Assembly (NCBI GenBank): GCA_964649495.1
Contig: CAZYPR010000005.1
Span: 7,128-71,127 of the forward strand
From: an uncultured Clostridia bacterium
Lineage (GTDB): Bacteria > Acidobacteriota > Aminicenantia > JBFLYD01 > JBBIMS01
Length of the DNA stretch: 64,000 nt
Direction: 5' to 3'
A model generated the notes under the pieces. It made no database searches and had not been told where the DNA came from. It saw only the letters and a list, made by a program, of their open reading frames with translations. Position numbers and translations under genes: made by a program. Positions 18,198-27,435 of this stretch are shown one piece after another (position 1 is the first letter of the stretch; every line of letters starts with the position of its first letter).

Positions 18198-18647
18198 CTA
18201 TTCTTCCTCTGTTATCTCGTCAGTAATCTCGTTTATGTCGGTTTTTTCATAAGGAAAATACTCTGACAGTTTTTCTCCTGTCATTTTAATCGCATTTATA
18301 ATACCTTCAGCGAAATTACCTTCTTTAAAATTTTTCTCCATTTCCAAGGCAATATCTTTCCAGAAATTTTCAGGGACTTTTTTGTCAATCCCCTCATCAG
18401 CAATTATTGCAAACTTTCTCTCAGCAGTGGAGATAAAAAATAGAACTGCATTCTTTCTCAAAGTCTTATAAAGCCCCAATTTAAAGAAGGCTTCTTTACC
18501 CTTCTCAAAAATGTCTCCCTTTGTCTTTCTTACAAGATGGACCGCGATCTCTCCAGTGGTTTTCATTTCCGCTTTTTTGATCTCCTGTAATATTTTTTCC
18601 CTTTCCTCCTTTGTAAAAAAGTTCTTTGGATTAGGACCCCTTCTCAT
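18198..18647 (-). CDS. TPM-domain protein (TLP18.3/Psb32/MOLO-1 phosphatase-like), second gene of the LemA module; start at ATG 18647 (MRRGPNP...)
   Basis: EEREKILQEIKKAEMKTTGEIAVHLV...FFISTAERKFAIIADEGI is the TPM-domain pattern. Its ATG overlaps the stop of the upstream TPM gene (TGATG). The six-frame ORF extends to 18791 only because the Gly-rich tail of the upstream gene is open in two frames. Confidence 0.6.
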   Translation of the reverse strand: MRRGPNPKNFFTKEEREKILQEIKKAEMKTTGEIAVHLVRKTKGDIFEKGKEAFFKLGLYKTLRKNAVLFFISTAERKFAIIADEGIDKKVPENFWKDIALEMEKNFKEGNFAEGIINAIKMTGEKLSEYFPYEKTDINEITDEITEEE

Positions 18648-19426
18648 TACCAGCTTCCTGTTGCTCCACCCCCTCCAAAACTCCCACCCCCACCCGAAAA
18701 ACCACCTCCCGAGCTCCATCCCCCCCCCCCCCCCCCAAAACCCCCCCCCCCCCCGGAAAAACCACCTCCAGAGCTCCATCCCCCACCCCAAAAGGTTGAA
18801 CTTCTATGCCATTCCCCTTTTGAGCGAGTGTAAGTCAAACCATAAGAGCTCCTCGCAAAAAACCACAATAAACAAAAAATAATTATAATTATAAAAAAAG
18901 AAATCAGAACGGATATGATTTCTACACTTTTCCCTTGCTCAAATTTGTATTCTCCACCAATTGTCTTAATCAGAGAATCCACTCCTGCTCTCAAACCACT
19001 AAAATAATCAGAATTTCTGAAGTGTGGGACAATTTCTCTATCGATTATCTGCCTTGCTGCGATATCAGGGACAGCCCCTTCAAGTCCATAACCAACTTCA
19101 ATTCTAATCTTCTTCTCCTCAAGAGCGACAAGAATTATTATTCCGTTATCCTTCCCTTTCTGCCCGATCTTCCATTTCTCGGCAAGTCTTATTGAAAAAT
19201 CCTCAATGTCCCATCCTTCAAGGGAATTGAAAATTGCAATCACAATTTGATTAGTGGTCTCTCTTTCATAATTTGAGAGGATTGTCTCAAGGGCTGAAAT
19301 CTCTTCTGGTTTAAGGACTTTTGCGTAATCAGAAACCCTTCCAAGCGGTCTTTCCGGGATTTCAATGGAATAAAGATAAGAAAAAAATTGAAGGATCAAG
19401 AAGAGATGAAATTTCTTAAATCTCAT
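18647..19426 (-). CDS. TPM-domain (YgcG-like) membrane protein with a C-terminal TM helix and a Gly-rich repeat tail
   Basis: TPM-domain pattern (GRVSDYAKVLKPEEISALETIL...TTNQIVIAIF...GIIILVALEEKKIRIEVGYGLEG) and TM segment IISVLISFFIIIIIFCLLWFF. The tail GGGWSSGGGFSGGGGGFGGGGGGWSSGGGFSGGGGSFGGGG is encoded by the poly-C tracts. Confidence 0.7.
   Translation of the reverse strand: MRFKKFHLFLILQFFSYLYSIEIPERPLGRVSDYAKVLKPEEISALETILSNYERETTNQIVIAIFNSLEGWDIEDFSIRLAEKWKIGQKGKDNGIIILVALEEKKIRIEVGYGLEGAVPDIAARQIIDREIVPHFRNSDYFSGLRAGVDSLIKTIGGEYKFEQGKSVEIISVLISFFIIIIIFCLLWFFARSSYGLTYTRSKGEWHRSSTFWGGGWSSGGGFSGGGGGFGGGGGGWSSGGGFSGGGGSFGGGGATGSW
18696..18785. repeat. Two-copy 60-nt tandem repeat (gaaaaaccacctccNgagctccatc + C-run) containing homopolymer tracts C17 (18720-18736) and C14 (18741-18754)
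   Basis: Direct inspection. The units at 18696 and 18756 are identical except for one base. The poly-C runs lie in the coding sequence of the TPM gene on the minus strand, where they read as poly-Gly. Confidence 0.85.
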
Positions 19427-20013
19427 TAAAACCTAACTTCTGGAGGTTTTTCAGCTCCTGCAATCGCTTTGAAATACTCCTTTTCTCTGAAATTTCCAAG
19501 ACTTGCAATCAAGTTGTTGGGAATCCTTTTTATGTAAGCATTGAAATCCATAACAGTTTCATTGAATCTCCTTCTTTCTACTGCAATTCTGTTTTCAGTT
19601 CCTTCGAGCTGAGTCTGGAGGGCTATAAAATTTTGATTGGCTTTCAATTCAGGATATCTCTCAACTACTACAAGAAGCCTGCTGAGAGCACTGGAAAGGG
19701 AATCCTGAGCCTGCACGAACTTTGAGAAAAGCTCAGGATTTTCAATTATTTCCTGCCCTACTTTAATCTGTCCTACAGATGCCCTTGCTCTTGTCACTTC
19801 CTCCAGAACCTCCTTTTCAAACTCCATATATCCCTTTACAGTATTAACAAGATTTGGAATTAGATCCGCTCTTCTCTGATACTGATTTTCAACCTGAGAC
19901 CATGCCTCTCTTACTTTCTCATTCTTTTTAACCATAATATTATAAACTGAAACACCCCAGACTATTAGAAGAAAAACAAGTAAACCTGCAATTAAAAACC
20001 CAAGTTTTTTCAT
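19426..20013 (-). CDS. lemA: LemA-family membrane protein
   Basis: N-terminal TM then the LemA helical pattern (...QYQRRADLIPNLVNTVKGY...RARA...NFIALQTQLEGTENRIAVERRRFNE). It sits directly upstream of the two TPM genes, the conserved LemA-TPM arrangement. Confidence 0.8.
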   Translation of the reverse strand: MKKLGFLIAGLLVFLLIVWGVSVYNIMVKKNEKVREAWSQVENQYQRRADLIPNLVNTVKGYMEFEKEVLEEVTRARASVGQIKVGQEIIENPELFSKFVQAQDSLSSALSRLLVVVERYPELKANQNFIALQTQLEGTENRIAVERRRFNETVMDFNAYIKRIPNNLIASLGNFREKEYFKAIAGAEKPPEVRF

Positions 20014-20173
20014 TTTTACTCCTTAATATAAAATGTTAATAAGATAATGGTCTAAAGTCAAATTTAAAAATTTTTGATGAGATAAATAATGCTTGCAAAA
20101 AACTCACACTAAAAAGCTAAAAAGTTTGTAATTTTTTATTTTATTTCCAAACATTCTTAATCTCTAAATTATT

Positions 20174-21361
20174 TCAGTAAGCCTTTTCAAGAATTTTTAT
20201 AATACCCTCTCTGTTCAGCTGAGGGAAATTGGCAAGATAATTTTTGCCCATCCCGCTTATTCTTACTGCATCATCAGCAATTCTTTCAAATGATTCTTTT
20301 TTCACACCCAAATCCCTTAATCTTGTCAACATACCTATTTTCTCAAGCCATTCAACCATTCTTCTAATTGTTTCCTTTGCAAGTCTTTTCTTGCTACTCT
20401 CTTGAATCTTAAAAATTCTTTCTCCTAAAAGACAGAGTCTTGATGGATTAATCTCCATAATTAATTCAAGAAATGGAGGGATTAAAGCAGAAAGTCCTCT
20501 TCCATGGGGGATGTCATATAGAGCAGATATTGGGTGTTCAATGGCATGCATAGGGAATCCTGCATTCTCACCAAAATTAGGGAATCCTGAAACAGCAAAT
20601 ACCGAGCATAAGGCAAGGTTTGTTCTTGCCTCGATATTCTTTCCATCCTCCACTGCAATGGGGAGATTTTCCATAACGGTTAGAATAACAGATTCTTGAA
20701 GTCTTTCCTGGAGAGGTGTATTAGGCTCAATATTTGTAAGGTATGGATCAAGGACATGACACATAATATCTATCCCACCTTCTCCAGTCTTATCAGGTGG
20801 GACTGTTATAGTAAAGGAGGGGTCTATTATTGAAATCTTAGGGAAAAGATGATAGGAACGGAAAAATATCTTCTCCTTTGTTCTTGGATTGGTAATTACC
20901 GCTCCGCCATTTGCTTCAGAGCCTGACGCTGAGAGGGTTGGAATCTCAATAATTGGTAAGGCTGATGTAATCCTTCTCGGGATTTTTATTCCATCTGGGA
21001 TATAATCCCAAATCTCTCCTTCCTCCTTTGCTACAACTGCAATCCCCTTGGCTGAGTCCATAGCAGAGCCACCCCCAAGCCCTATAACAAAATCACATTT
21101 CTCTGCTCTTGCAATTTTCCCCCCTTCGTCAACAACATCATTCCTTGGATTTGATTCAATCCTGTTAAATATAACAGTTTCAATATTCTCTCTATCAAGA
21201 AGTTCTATAACTCTTTCAAGGACTCCATTCTTCAGGGAACTCTTTTTTCCTGTCACAATGATAGCCTTTTTGCCAATGCTTTTGGCTTCAACACCAATTC
21301 TTTCAAGAGTTCCAATACCAAAAATCAGTTTTGTGGGTAAATAGAGGTCAAAATTTAACAT
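20174..21361 (-). CDS. Iron-containing alcohol dehydrogenase (Fe-ADH family)
   Basis: GGGSAMDSAKGIAV NAD-binding motif and the metal-binding His cluster (HAIEHPISALYDIPHGRG). Confidence 0.85.
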   Translation of the reverse strand: MLNFDLYLPTKLIFGIGTLERIGVEAKSIGKKAIIVTGKKSSLKNGVLERVIELLDRENIETVIFNRIESNPRNDVVDEGGKIARAEKCDFVIGLGGGSAMDSAKGIAVVAKEEGEIWDYIPDGIKIPRRITSALPIIEIPTLSASGSEANGGAVITNPRTKEKIFFRSYHLFPKISIIDPSFTITVPPDKTGEGGIDIMCHVLDPYLTNIEPNTPLQERLQESVILTVMENLPIAVEDGKNIEARTNLALCSVFAVSGFPNFGENAGFPMHAIEHPISALYDIPHGRGLSALIPPFLELIMEINPSRLCLLGERIFKIQESSKKRLAKETIRRMVEWLEKIGMLTRLRDLGVKKESFERIADDAVRISGMGKNYLANFPQLNREGIIKILEKAY

Positions 21362-21510
21362 ATATATTACAGTTTAAATTAAAATCTTTTTACAATTTAT
21401 TGTCAAGGGATACAAAAGGAAAAAACTTTTTTCTAACATCTTTGTTATGTTAATATCTTCATTGTATCCCGGTCTTTCATAACCTTTCAGTTTCGTTCTC
21501 CTTTTCCCAT

Positions 21511-21528
21511 TTGTGAAATTTTTCCCAT
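21511..21528. promoter_or_regulatory. Possible Rex-type (redox-sensing repressor) operator half-palindrome upstream of the Fe-ADH gene
   Basis: TTGTGAAATTTTTCCCAT matches 12/14 positions of the Rex consensus TTGTGAAnnnnTTCACAA. It is about 150 nt upstream of the ADH start on the minus strand. Flanking it is a triple repeat of TTT(T)CC(C)ATTT at about 21502, 21521 and 21553. Confidence 0.2.
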
Positions 21529-21609
21529 TTCTCTTCTATTTTTTCATTCGATTTTTCCATTTTAAGCTTTTAATCTTTTCAAAGATGGATTCTATTCCTG
21601 TTATACTAC

Positions 21610-22458
21610 TTATTTATACTCGTAAAATCCTTTCCCACTCTTTCTTCCAAGATAACCCGCATCCACCATTTTCCTGAGAAGGGGGCAGGGTCTGTATTTT
21701 GGGTCGCCAAATCCTTCATAAAGAACTTCCATTATATCAAGGCAGACATCAAGACCAATGAAGTCAGCAAGGGTGAGAGGTCCCATGGGATGGTTCATCC
21801 CAAGTTTCATAACAGTATCGATTGCCTCAGCAGTTCCAACTCCCTCCATCAGAGCGTAAATTGCCTCATTTATCATGGGCATAAGAATTCTGTTGGATAT
21901 AAAGCCCGGATAATCCTTTGCCTCAACAGGAACTTTCCCCATTTTTTCCGCAACACCTTTTACAAGATTAAAAGTTTCGTCATCTGTTGCAAGCCCTCTT
22001 ATAATCTCAACAAGGGTCATAATGGGAACAGGATTCATAAAGTGCATTCCTATAACCCTATTCGGTCTTTTTGTTACACTTGCTATTTTTGTTATGGAAA
22101 TAGAGGATGTGTTTGTTGCAAGAATTGCCTCTGGTTTGCAGATTTTATCAAGTCTCTCAAAAACCTCCTTTTTTACATCGAAACATTCGAAAACTGCCTC
22201 CACAACAATATCGCAATCTGCAAAAACATCCAGGTCTGTTGTAGTTTTAATCCTTGAAAGTATTGATTCTTTGCTCTCCTGAACCTTCCCTTTCTCAATA
22301 AGCTTATCAAGGCTTTTCCCAATAGTTGAAATAGCCCTATTGAGAATCTCATCGTTTAAATCGTGGAGAACTGTCAAAAAACCCGTAGTGGCAGAGACCT
22401 GGGCAATTCCAGAACCCATTGTCCCTGCTCCCACAACTCCTATCTTTTTAATTTCCAT
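21610..22458 (-). CDS. hbd: 3-hydroxyacyl-CoA / 3-hydroxybutyryl-CoA dehydrogenase
   Basis: N-terminal Rossmann motif [16 protein letters not shown] and the 3HCDH signature region (...[11 protein letters not shown]...). Confidence 0.85.
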   Translation of the reverse strand: MEIKKIGVVGAGTMGSGIAQVSATTGFLTVLHDLNDEILNRAISTIGKSLDKLIEKGKVQESKESILSRIKTTTDLDVFADCDIVVEAVFECFDVKKEVFERLDKICKPEAILATNTSSISITKIASVTKRPNRVIGMHFMNPVPIMTLVEIIRGLATDDETFNLVKGVAEKMGKVPVEAKDYPGFISNRILMPMINEAIYALMEGVGTAEAIDTVMKLGMNHPMGPLTLADFIGLDVCLDIMEVLYEGFGDPKYRPCPLLRKMVDAGYLGRKSGKGFYEYK

Positions 22459-22583
22459 AAAAACCTCCTATAGAAACTTTTATATAAATTTTTCCTTAAA
22501 GAAAATCACATGTCAAGGAGAAAACAAATTTTAATCAATCCCTTAAACCTAAAGCAATTTTCAGGAATGCATTTTTTTAAAAT

Positions 22584-23768
22584 TTAAACTGCTTCCACAG
22601 AAAGGGCTACCGCAGAACCTCCCCCAAGACAGAGGGTTGCAAGTCCTGTTTTTGCATTTCTTCTCTTCATTGCATAGAGGAGAGTGGTGAGTATTCTTGC
22701 ACCCGATGCTCCTATTGGATGCCCAAGGGCAACCGCTCCTCCATGAACATTAACCCTTTCCCAATCCCATCCAAGCTCTTTCCCATCAGCAAGGACCTGA
22801 GCGGAAAAAGCTTCGTTTATCTCGATGAGATCGAAATAGTCTATACTCTTTCCCATTTGTTTAAGTAATTTTTTAACAGCCTCCACAGGTGCATAAAATA
22901 GCATTTTTGGCTCAACTGCTGAAACTGAATATCCAGTGATTAAAGCCATGGGCTTCAATCCTAATTCCTTTAATTTTTCTTCCGATACAACAAGAATTGC
23001 GGATGCACCATCATTCACAGAAGGAGCGTTCCCTGCGGTTATTGTTCCATTAGGCTTGAAAGCAGGCTTAAGCTGGGAAAGTTTTTCAAGGGATGTGTCC
23101 CTCCTCGGTCCCTCATCAGTATCAACAATTACAGGTTCTCCCTTTTTCTGGAGAACTGTGACAGGAACAATTTCATCCTTGAACCATCCGTTGTCGATTG
23201 CTCTTAGAGCCTTCTGATGAGAATTAAAAGCAAACTCATCCTGCATTTCTCTTGTTATACCTGACCTTTCTGCAGTAAATTCTCCCAATTCTCCCATGTG
23301 CTTATTTTCGAATGAATCCCATAAACCATCGAAAATCATTAAATCAATAAGTTGTCCGTGTCCCATTCTGTAACCAGTTCTTGCTCTCTGGAGGGCATAG
23401 GGGCAGTTGCTCATAGATTCCATTCCTCCTGCAAGAATCACATCTGCATCTCCCGCCTTTATTGCCTGTGCTGCAAGCATAACAGCTTTTAATCCTGAAC
23501 CACAAACCTTATTAATTGTTATTGCTGGAATTTCAGGTGGGAGCCCTGCCTTTATCTGTGCCTGCCTTGCTGGAGCCTGTCCTATACCCGCTGAGACAAC
23601 ATTACCCATTATAATTTCTTCAATCAATTTAGGGTCGATTCCCGCTCTTTTTACTGCCTCTTTAAGGACAATTGCTCCAAGCTCAACAGCAGTAAGGGAA
23701 GAGAGACTCCCCAAAAAACTCCCTATCGGAGTTCTCACTGCCGATAAAATAAAAGCTCCTTTTGCCAT
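22584..23768 (-). CDS. Acetyl-CoA C-acetyltransferase (thiolase II)
   Basis: N-terminal AFILSAVRTPIGSFLGSL, active-site Cys region NKVCGSGLKAV and C-terminal GGGSAVAL... thiolase signatures. Confidence 0.9.
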   Translation of the reverse strand: MAKGAFILSAVRTPIGSFLGSLSSLTAVELGAIVLKEAVKRAGIDPKLIEEIIMGNVVSAGIGQAPARQAQIKAGLPPEIPAITINKVCGSGLKAVMLAAQAIKAGDADVILAGGMESMSNCPYALQRARTGYRMGHGQLIDLMIFDGLWDSFENKHMGELGEFTAERSGITREMQDEFAFNSHQKALRAIDNGWFKDEIVPVTVLQKKGEPVIVDTDEGPRRDTSLEKLSQLKPAFKPNGTITAGNAPSVNDGASAILVVSEEKLKELGLKPMALITGYSVSAVEPKMLFYAPVEAVKKLLKQMGKSIDYFDLIEINEAFSAQVLADGKELGWDWERVNVHGGAVALGHPIGASGARILTTLLYAMKRRNAKTGLATLCLGGGSAVALSVEAV

Positions 23769-24244
23769 AAAGCCACCTCCTAAGAATCAGTGAAGATTTT
23801 ACATGATTTTAATTATCTTCTCAACAAGATTTGAAACATACAGGGATTTTCGATTCACAATACTCACTAACTAAAACATTTGACACTATTTAAAGTTTCT
23901 CTTAAAATAAAAAATTTATGAGGCTTGTTCTAAAAACAAAGAAGTTTTTACTTTTGGTATCAATAACATCAATTTTCTTGATATCTTTCATAAACTTTTT
24001 CCATACTGAAAAAATTCTTACAGAGAATGAAAACTGTTTAGTTTGCAAGTTTCAAAAAGGATTTTTCTTTGAAGATAAGATTGAAAAAAATTATATTTCT
24101 CATTTTACTTTAATTTTTATTTTCAATTTTCAAAATCTTTCTTTTAAAACTTCAACAAACTTATTTGTAAAATCCAGTAGATCACCTCCTTTCAACTTTA
24201 TTTGAAATTCTTCTTTTCTTAAAAATCATTGAAAGGAGGACGAA

Positions 24245-26404
24245 ATGAAGAAATTATTAATAATTTTCCTATTACTCTCTTCAATTCTTTTTGCGAAGAA
24301 TAATTTTTTTATCAAGGGGAAGGTTATAGATATAAATGGGAATCCGATAGATAAGGCTATTGTCATCATCCCTGAAGTTGGATTAACAGCAGAAACTGAT
24401 AAAAATGGTTTTTTTGAAATAAAGGGATTAGAAAGGGGAAGAATGCATTTAGAAATTCAAAAAGATGGATATGCACCCTTTCAGGGAAATGTTTTTGAAC
24501 TTAAAGAATCAATTAATCTTGAGATTATTTTAGTACCTTCAATAACTGAGGAGATTGTTGTAACAGCCACAAAGATAGAAACTCCAATAAAGGATGTCCC
24601 TGTAAGAACAGAGGTTATAAACTCAGAGGAGATTGACAAGTGCGGAGGAAAAAACCTTTATGAGATTATAAACAAAAAAGGACTTGGACTCTTTGCCCAG
24701 CAAAGTTGTTCCAACTGCAACTTCACCCAATTAAGGATGCAGGGGCTCGAAGGTGGATATACACAAATTCTTTTAGACGGTCAACCAATCTTTGAAGGTC
24801 TTGCCTCAGTCTATGGTCTCCAACAATTAGGAAGTGAAATAATTCAACAAATTGAGATTGTCAAGGGTGCATCATCCTCCCTCTATGGTGCTCAAGCAGT
24901 TGGAGGAGTTGTAAACATAATTACGAAGGAGCCAGGTATAAAACCAGATTTGAGCTTAGGTGTTAGGCTGGGGAATTGGAGAACTAATGATTTCTCCTTT
25001 AATACATCAATGAGGAAAGGATTCTTAGGATTCATTCTCACAGGTCAGAAAGGTAAATCGGATTTCTTTGATCAGAATAAAGATGGATTTTCCGACAAAG
25101 TAGGAACAAGGAACACAAATCTTTCTTTAAAAACAAATTTTTATATTTCTGGAGACTCCCACAGAATCTCTATTTTTTCTCGATACATTGACGAGTTCAG
25201 AAGGGGAGGCTATATTGCTACAATAGATGATCCCTATGATGAAAATTCAGAACATATAAAGACAAATAGATATGAATATGGAATAAGTTATAGAGGTGTA
25301 ATTGGAGGTAAGAATATTTTAAGAATGAATATTTCACTAACAGAACACAAAAGAGATGCAACCAATTCCTCCCGTCCTTTTCATTCAGAGGAAATCAATA
25401 AATATCTTGATTTTCAGTACACAGTCTTTCTAAACAAAAACATTCTCACTACTGGCTTTACTTTAAAGAATGAGAAAGTTAACGAAATAATTAATCTAAA
25501 AAATGCACCTGAAAAGGGAGCTAAGATAATAGGGGTTTACCTACAAGATGAAATTGATTACAGTGATAATCTTAAATTTATTCTCGGTTTTCGCTTCGAT
25601 AGAACAAATAGCACCTTTATAAATGCATCATCCTTTAGTCCAAGAATGGCTCTAAAATGGGATTTAAACCCTAATAATGTTATAAGAGGAAGTATCGGAA
25701 CAGGATTTAGAGTTCCTTATCTTTTCTCTGAGGATTTGCATCTCTGTTCCTCAGCACCTTTAATATATAATCCAGGGACATTAAAACCCGAAAAATCAGT
25801 AAGTTATAGCCTCTCGTGGGAATATAGGAAAGAGAACCTCTACTTCGAGACAAACATCTTTAGGACGGACATTTTCAAAAAAATCTTTTTTACTGATAAA
25901 GATGTTCCTCCTCCCTTCGATTTTGTCTATCTTAACGGAGGAGATGCATTTACACAGGGCATAGAAATTAGAGGGAGAAAGGAAAAAGGTCTTTTTGAAG
26001 TAGAGCTCGGTTTCTCTTTTATCGATGCTCGTTATAAAGAAGAACAGGATTATGCAGGAGGAAAGAGTAAAAGGATTATGAGAACACCCAATTTCTCAGG
26101 AATTCTCAACATTGAATACAGAAATCCATTAAATGATTTCTCAGTTCTAATTTCAGGACATTTAACAGGAAACATGTATATTGAAAACAGAGTTTTTGAA
26201 AGAATTGACAGAACCCCCTCTTATTCGGTATGGGATTTTAGTATTTCAAAAACTCTTTTCTCTCACTGGATTCTTACCGTTGGAATTGACAATATTTTTA
26301 ATTATGTTCAGAAAGTAAGGTTTAATCCTAAGGAGGATTCAGCATATATCTATGCTCCCTTAACAGGAAGATATTTTTTTGCAGGTCTGAAATATAAATA
26401 TTGA
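24245..26404 (+). CDS. TonB-dependent outer-membrane receptor with an N-terminal carboxypeptidase-regulatory-like domain
   Basis: Signal peptide, plug-domain motifs (VVTATKIETPIKDVPVRTEVI, GASSSLYGAQAVGGVVNIITK), and a C-terminal beta-barrel ending in an aromatic residue (..YKY). Confidence 0.8.
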   Translation: MKKLLIIFLLLSSILFAKNNFFIKGKVIDINGNPIDKAIVIIPEVGLTAETDKNGFFEIKGLERGRMHLEIQKDGYAPFQGNVFELKESINLEIILVPSITEEIVVTATKIETPIKDVPVRTEVINSEEIDKCGGKNLYEIINKKGLGLFAQQSCSNCNFTQLRMQGLEGGYTQILLDGQPIFEGLASVYGLQQLGSEIIQQIEIVKGASSSLYGAQAVGGVVNIITKEPGIKPDLSLGVRLGNWRTNDFSFNTSMRKGFLGFILTGQKGKSDFFDQNKDGFSDKVGTRNTNLSLKTNFYISGDSHRISIFSRYIDEFRRGGYIATIDDPYDENSEHIKTNRYEYGISYRGVIGGKNILRMNISLTEHKRDATNSSRPFHSEEINKYLDFQYTVFLNKNILTTGFTLKNEKVNEIINLKNAPEKGAKIIGVYLQDEIDYSDNLKFILGFRFDRTNSTFINASSFSPRMALKWDLNPNNVIRGSIGTGFRVPYLFSEDLHLCSSAPLIYNPGTLKPEKSVSYSLSWEYRKENLYFETNIFRTDIFKKIFFTDKDVPPPFDFVYLNGGDAFTQGIEIRGRKEKGLFEVELGFSFIDARYKEEQDYAGGKSKRIMRTPNFSGILNIEYRNPLNDFSVLISGHLTGNMYIENRVFERIDRTPSYSVWDFSISKTLFSHWILTVGIDNIFNYVQKVRFNPKEDSAYIYAPLTGRYFFAGLKYKY

Positions 26405-26466
26405 GAGACTTGAAAATTAGAATTTTTAATTTTATAATTAGCATATGCCAATAATTTGAGGCAAAA

Positions 26467-26937
26467 ATGCCGAGACCTTTTAAGTGCAGGAGGATTTTCT
26501 TCAAGCCAGATTGTAGATATTTTAAGCCTGCTGGAATTCCTTTACCCATGCTGGAAGAGGTTAATTTGACCCTTGATGAATTGGAAGCAGTAAGGCTTGC
26601 AGATTTTGAGGAACAATATCAGGAAAAGGCAGCGGAGATAATGGGAATTTCAAGACAAACTTTTGGCAACATTTTAAATTCTGCACATAAAAAGATTGCA
26701 GATGCATTAATTAATGGTAAAGCAATAAAAATAGAAGGAGGTGTAATTAAAATCATGGAAAGGCATTTTGTCTGTTATGATTGTAAGCATGAATGGGGTG
26801 TCCCTTACGGAGTTCAAAGACCAGAAAGATGTCCAAAATGTGGAAGCACTAATATTCACAGAAAAGAGGAAGAAAGAGGTCCTAAAAGGATGCAAAGGAG
26901 ATTTAGAAGAAGAGGAGGTCCACAATGGGAGGATTGA
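26467..26937 (+). CDS. DUF134 (UPF0251) DNA-binding-type protein fused to a C-terminal zinc ribbon
   Basis: Family signature N-terminus MPRPFKCRR...FKP.G.P. Sigma-70 region-4-like helix LTLDELEAVRLADFEEQYQEKAAEIMGISRQTFGNIL. C-terminal CYDC...CPKCG. Confidence 0.7.
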   Translation: MPRPFKCRRIFFKPDCRYFKPAGIPLPMLEEVNLTLDELEAVRLADFEEQYQEKAAEIMGISRQTFGNILNSAHKKIADALINGKAIKIEGGVIKIMERHFVCYDCKHEWGVPYGVQRPERCPKCGSTNIHRKEEERGPKRMQRRFRRRGGPQWED

Positions 26938-27113
26938 AAGAAAAAGGTATGGGACCCAGAGGTTATTGTTTCTGCCCAAAATGTGGATTTAAAAAGCCTC
27001 ACACAGCTGGCATTCCATGCAGAGAAGAGAGTTGCCCCGAATGTGGAACAAGACTCGTTAGAGAAGGTTCTGAACACCACAGGTTAATCGAGGAAAAGAA
27101 AAAGAATAAATAA
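26925..27113 (+). CDS. Small double-CxxC zinc-ribbon protein
   Basis: CFCPKCG...CPECG in a 62-aa ORF with its own RBS-like sequence. Co-located with the DUF134 and NifX-like genes. Confidence 0.4.
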   Translation: MGGLKEKGMGPRGYCFCPKCGFKKPHTAGIPCREESCPECGTRLVREGSEHHRLIEEKKKNK

Positions 27114-27132
27114 ATTTTGAAAGGAGGTTAAT

Positions 27133-27435
27133 ATGTTTGGCTATGGAAAAGGATGGCATAGAGGAAGAGGCTTATGGAAAGCCAATATTGAGGCTCCGGA
27201 AGGTTATATTTACATTGGACCCTGTCGGTGTGGATTCGGTCCTGATGCCTATTATCAGGAAAAGAGGACTGGAAGGATTGTCCATGCAAGGCAGCTTTTT
27301 TTCAGTGGAATTCCTTATGGAGCTTATAATGAGGAATTGAGAGAAGAGATGGAAAAACTTAGAAAAGAAAAGGAAATTTTGGAAAGAAGAATCCAGGAAC
27401 TTGAAAAAATCGTGAAAGAAGGAGATGTAAAATGA
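27133..27435 (+). CDS. DUF5320-like small protein (Gly/Arg-rich N-terminus plus C-terminal coiled coil)
   Basis: GYGKGWHRGRG...CRCGFG N-terminus followed by a heptad coiled coil (EELREEMEKLRKEKEILERRIQELEKI). RBS aggaggttaatATG. Confidence 0.45.
   Translation: MFGYGKGWHRGRGLWKANIEAPEGYIYIGPCRCGFGPDAYYQEKRTGRIVHARQLFFSGIPYGAYNEELREEMEKLRKEKEILERRIQELEKIVKEGDVK

Noticed and set aside
18511-18882. Plus-strand ORF encoding a Pro-rich peptide (PPPPQNPPPP) across the poly-C region
   Set aside because: It is the antisense reading of the minus-strand poly-Gly tail of the TPM gene, so it is a compositional artefact of the C/G homopolymers.
22936-23793. Plus-strand ORFs 22936..23217 and 23407..23793 inside the thiolase gene
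   Set aside because: Antisense to a high-confidence thiolase CDS. Their Ala/Pro/Ser-rich translations are typical of shadow frames.
23769-24244. Possible riboswitch (cobalamin or TPP) in the 475-nt leader of the TonB-dependent receptor; also ORF 23918..24205
   Set aside because: No B12-box (GCCACTG) or TPP CTGAGA/ACCTGAT core motifs were found. The region is simply AT-rich promoter sequence, and the 95-aa ORF is low-complexity with no RBS.
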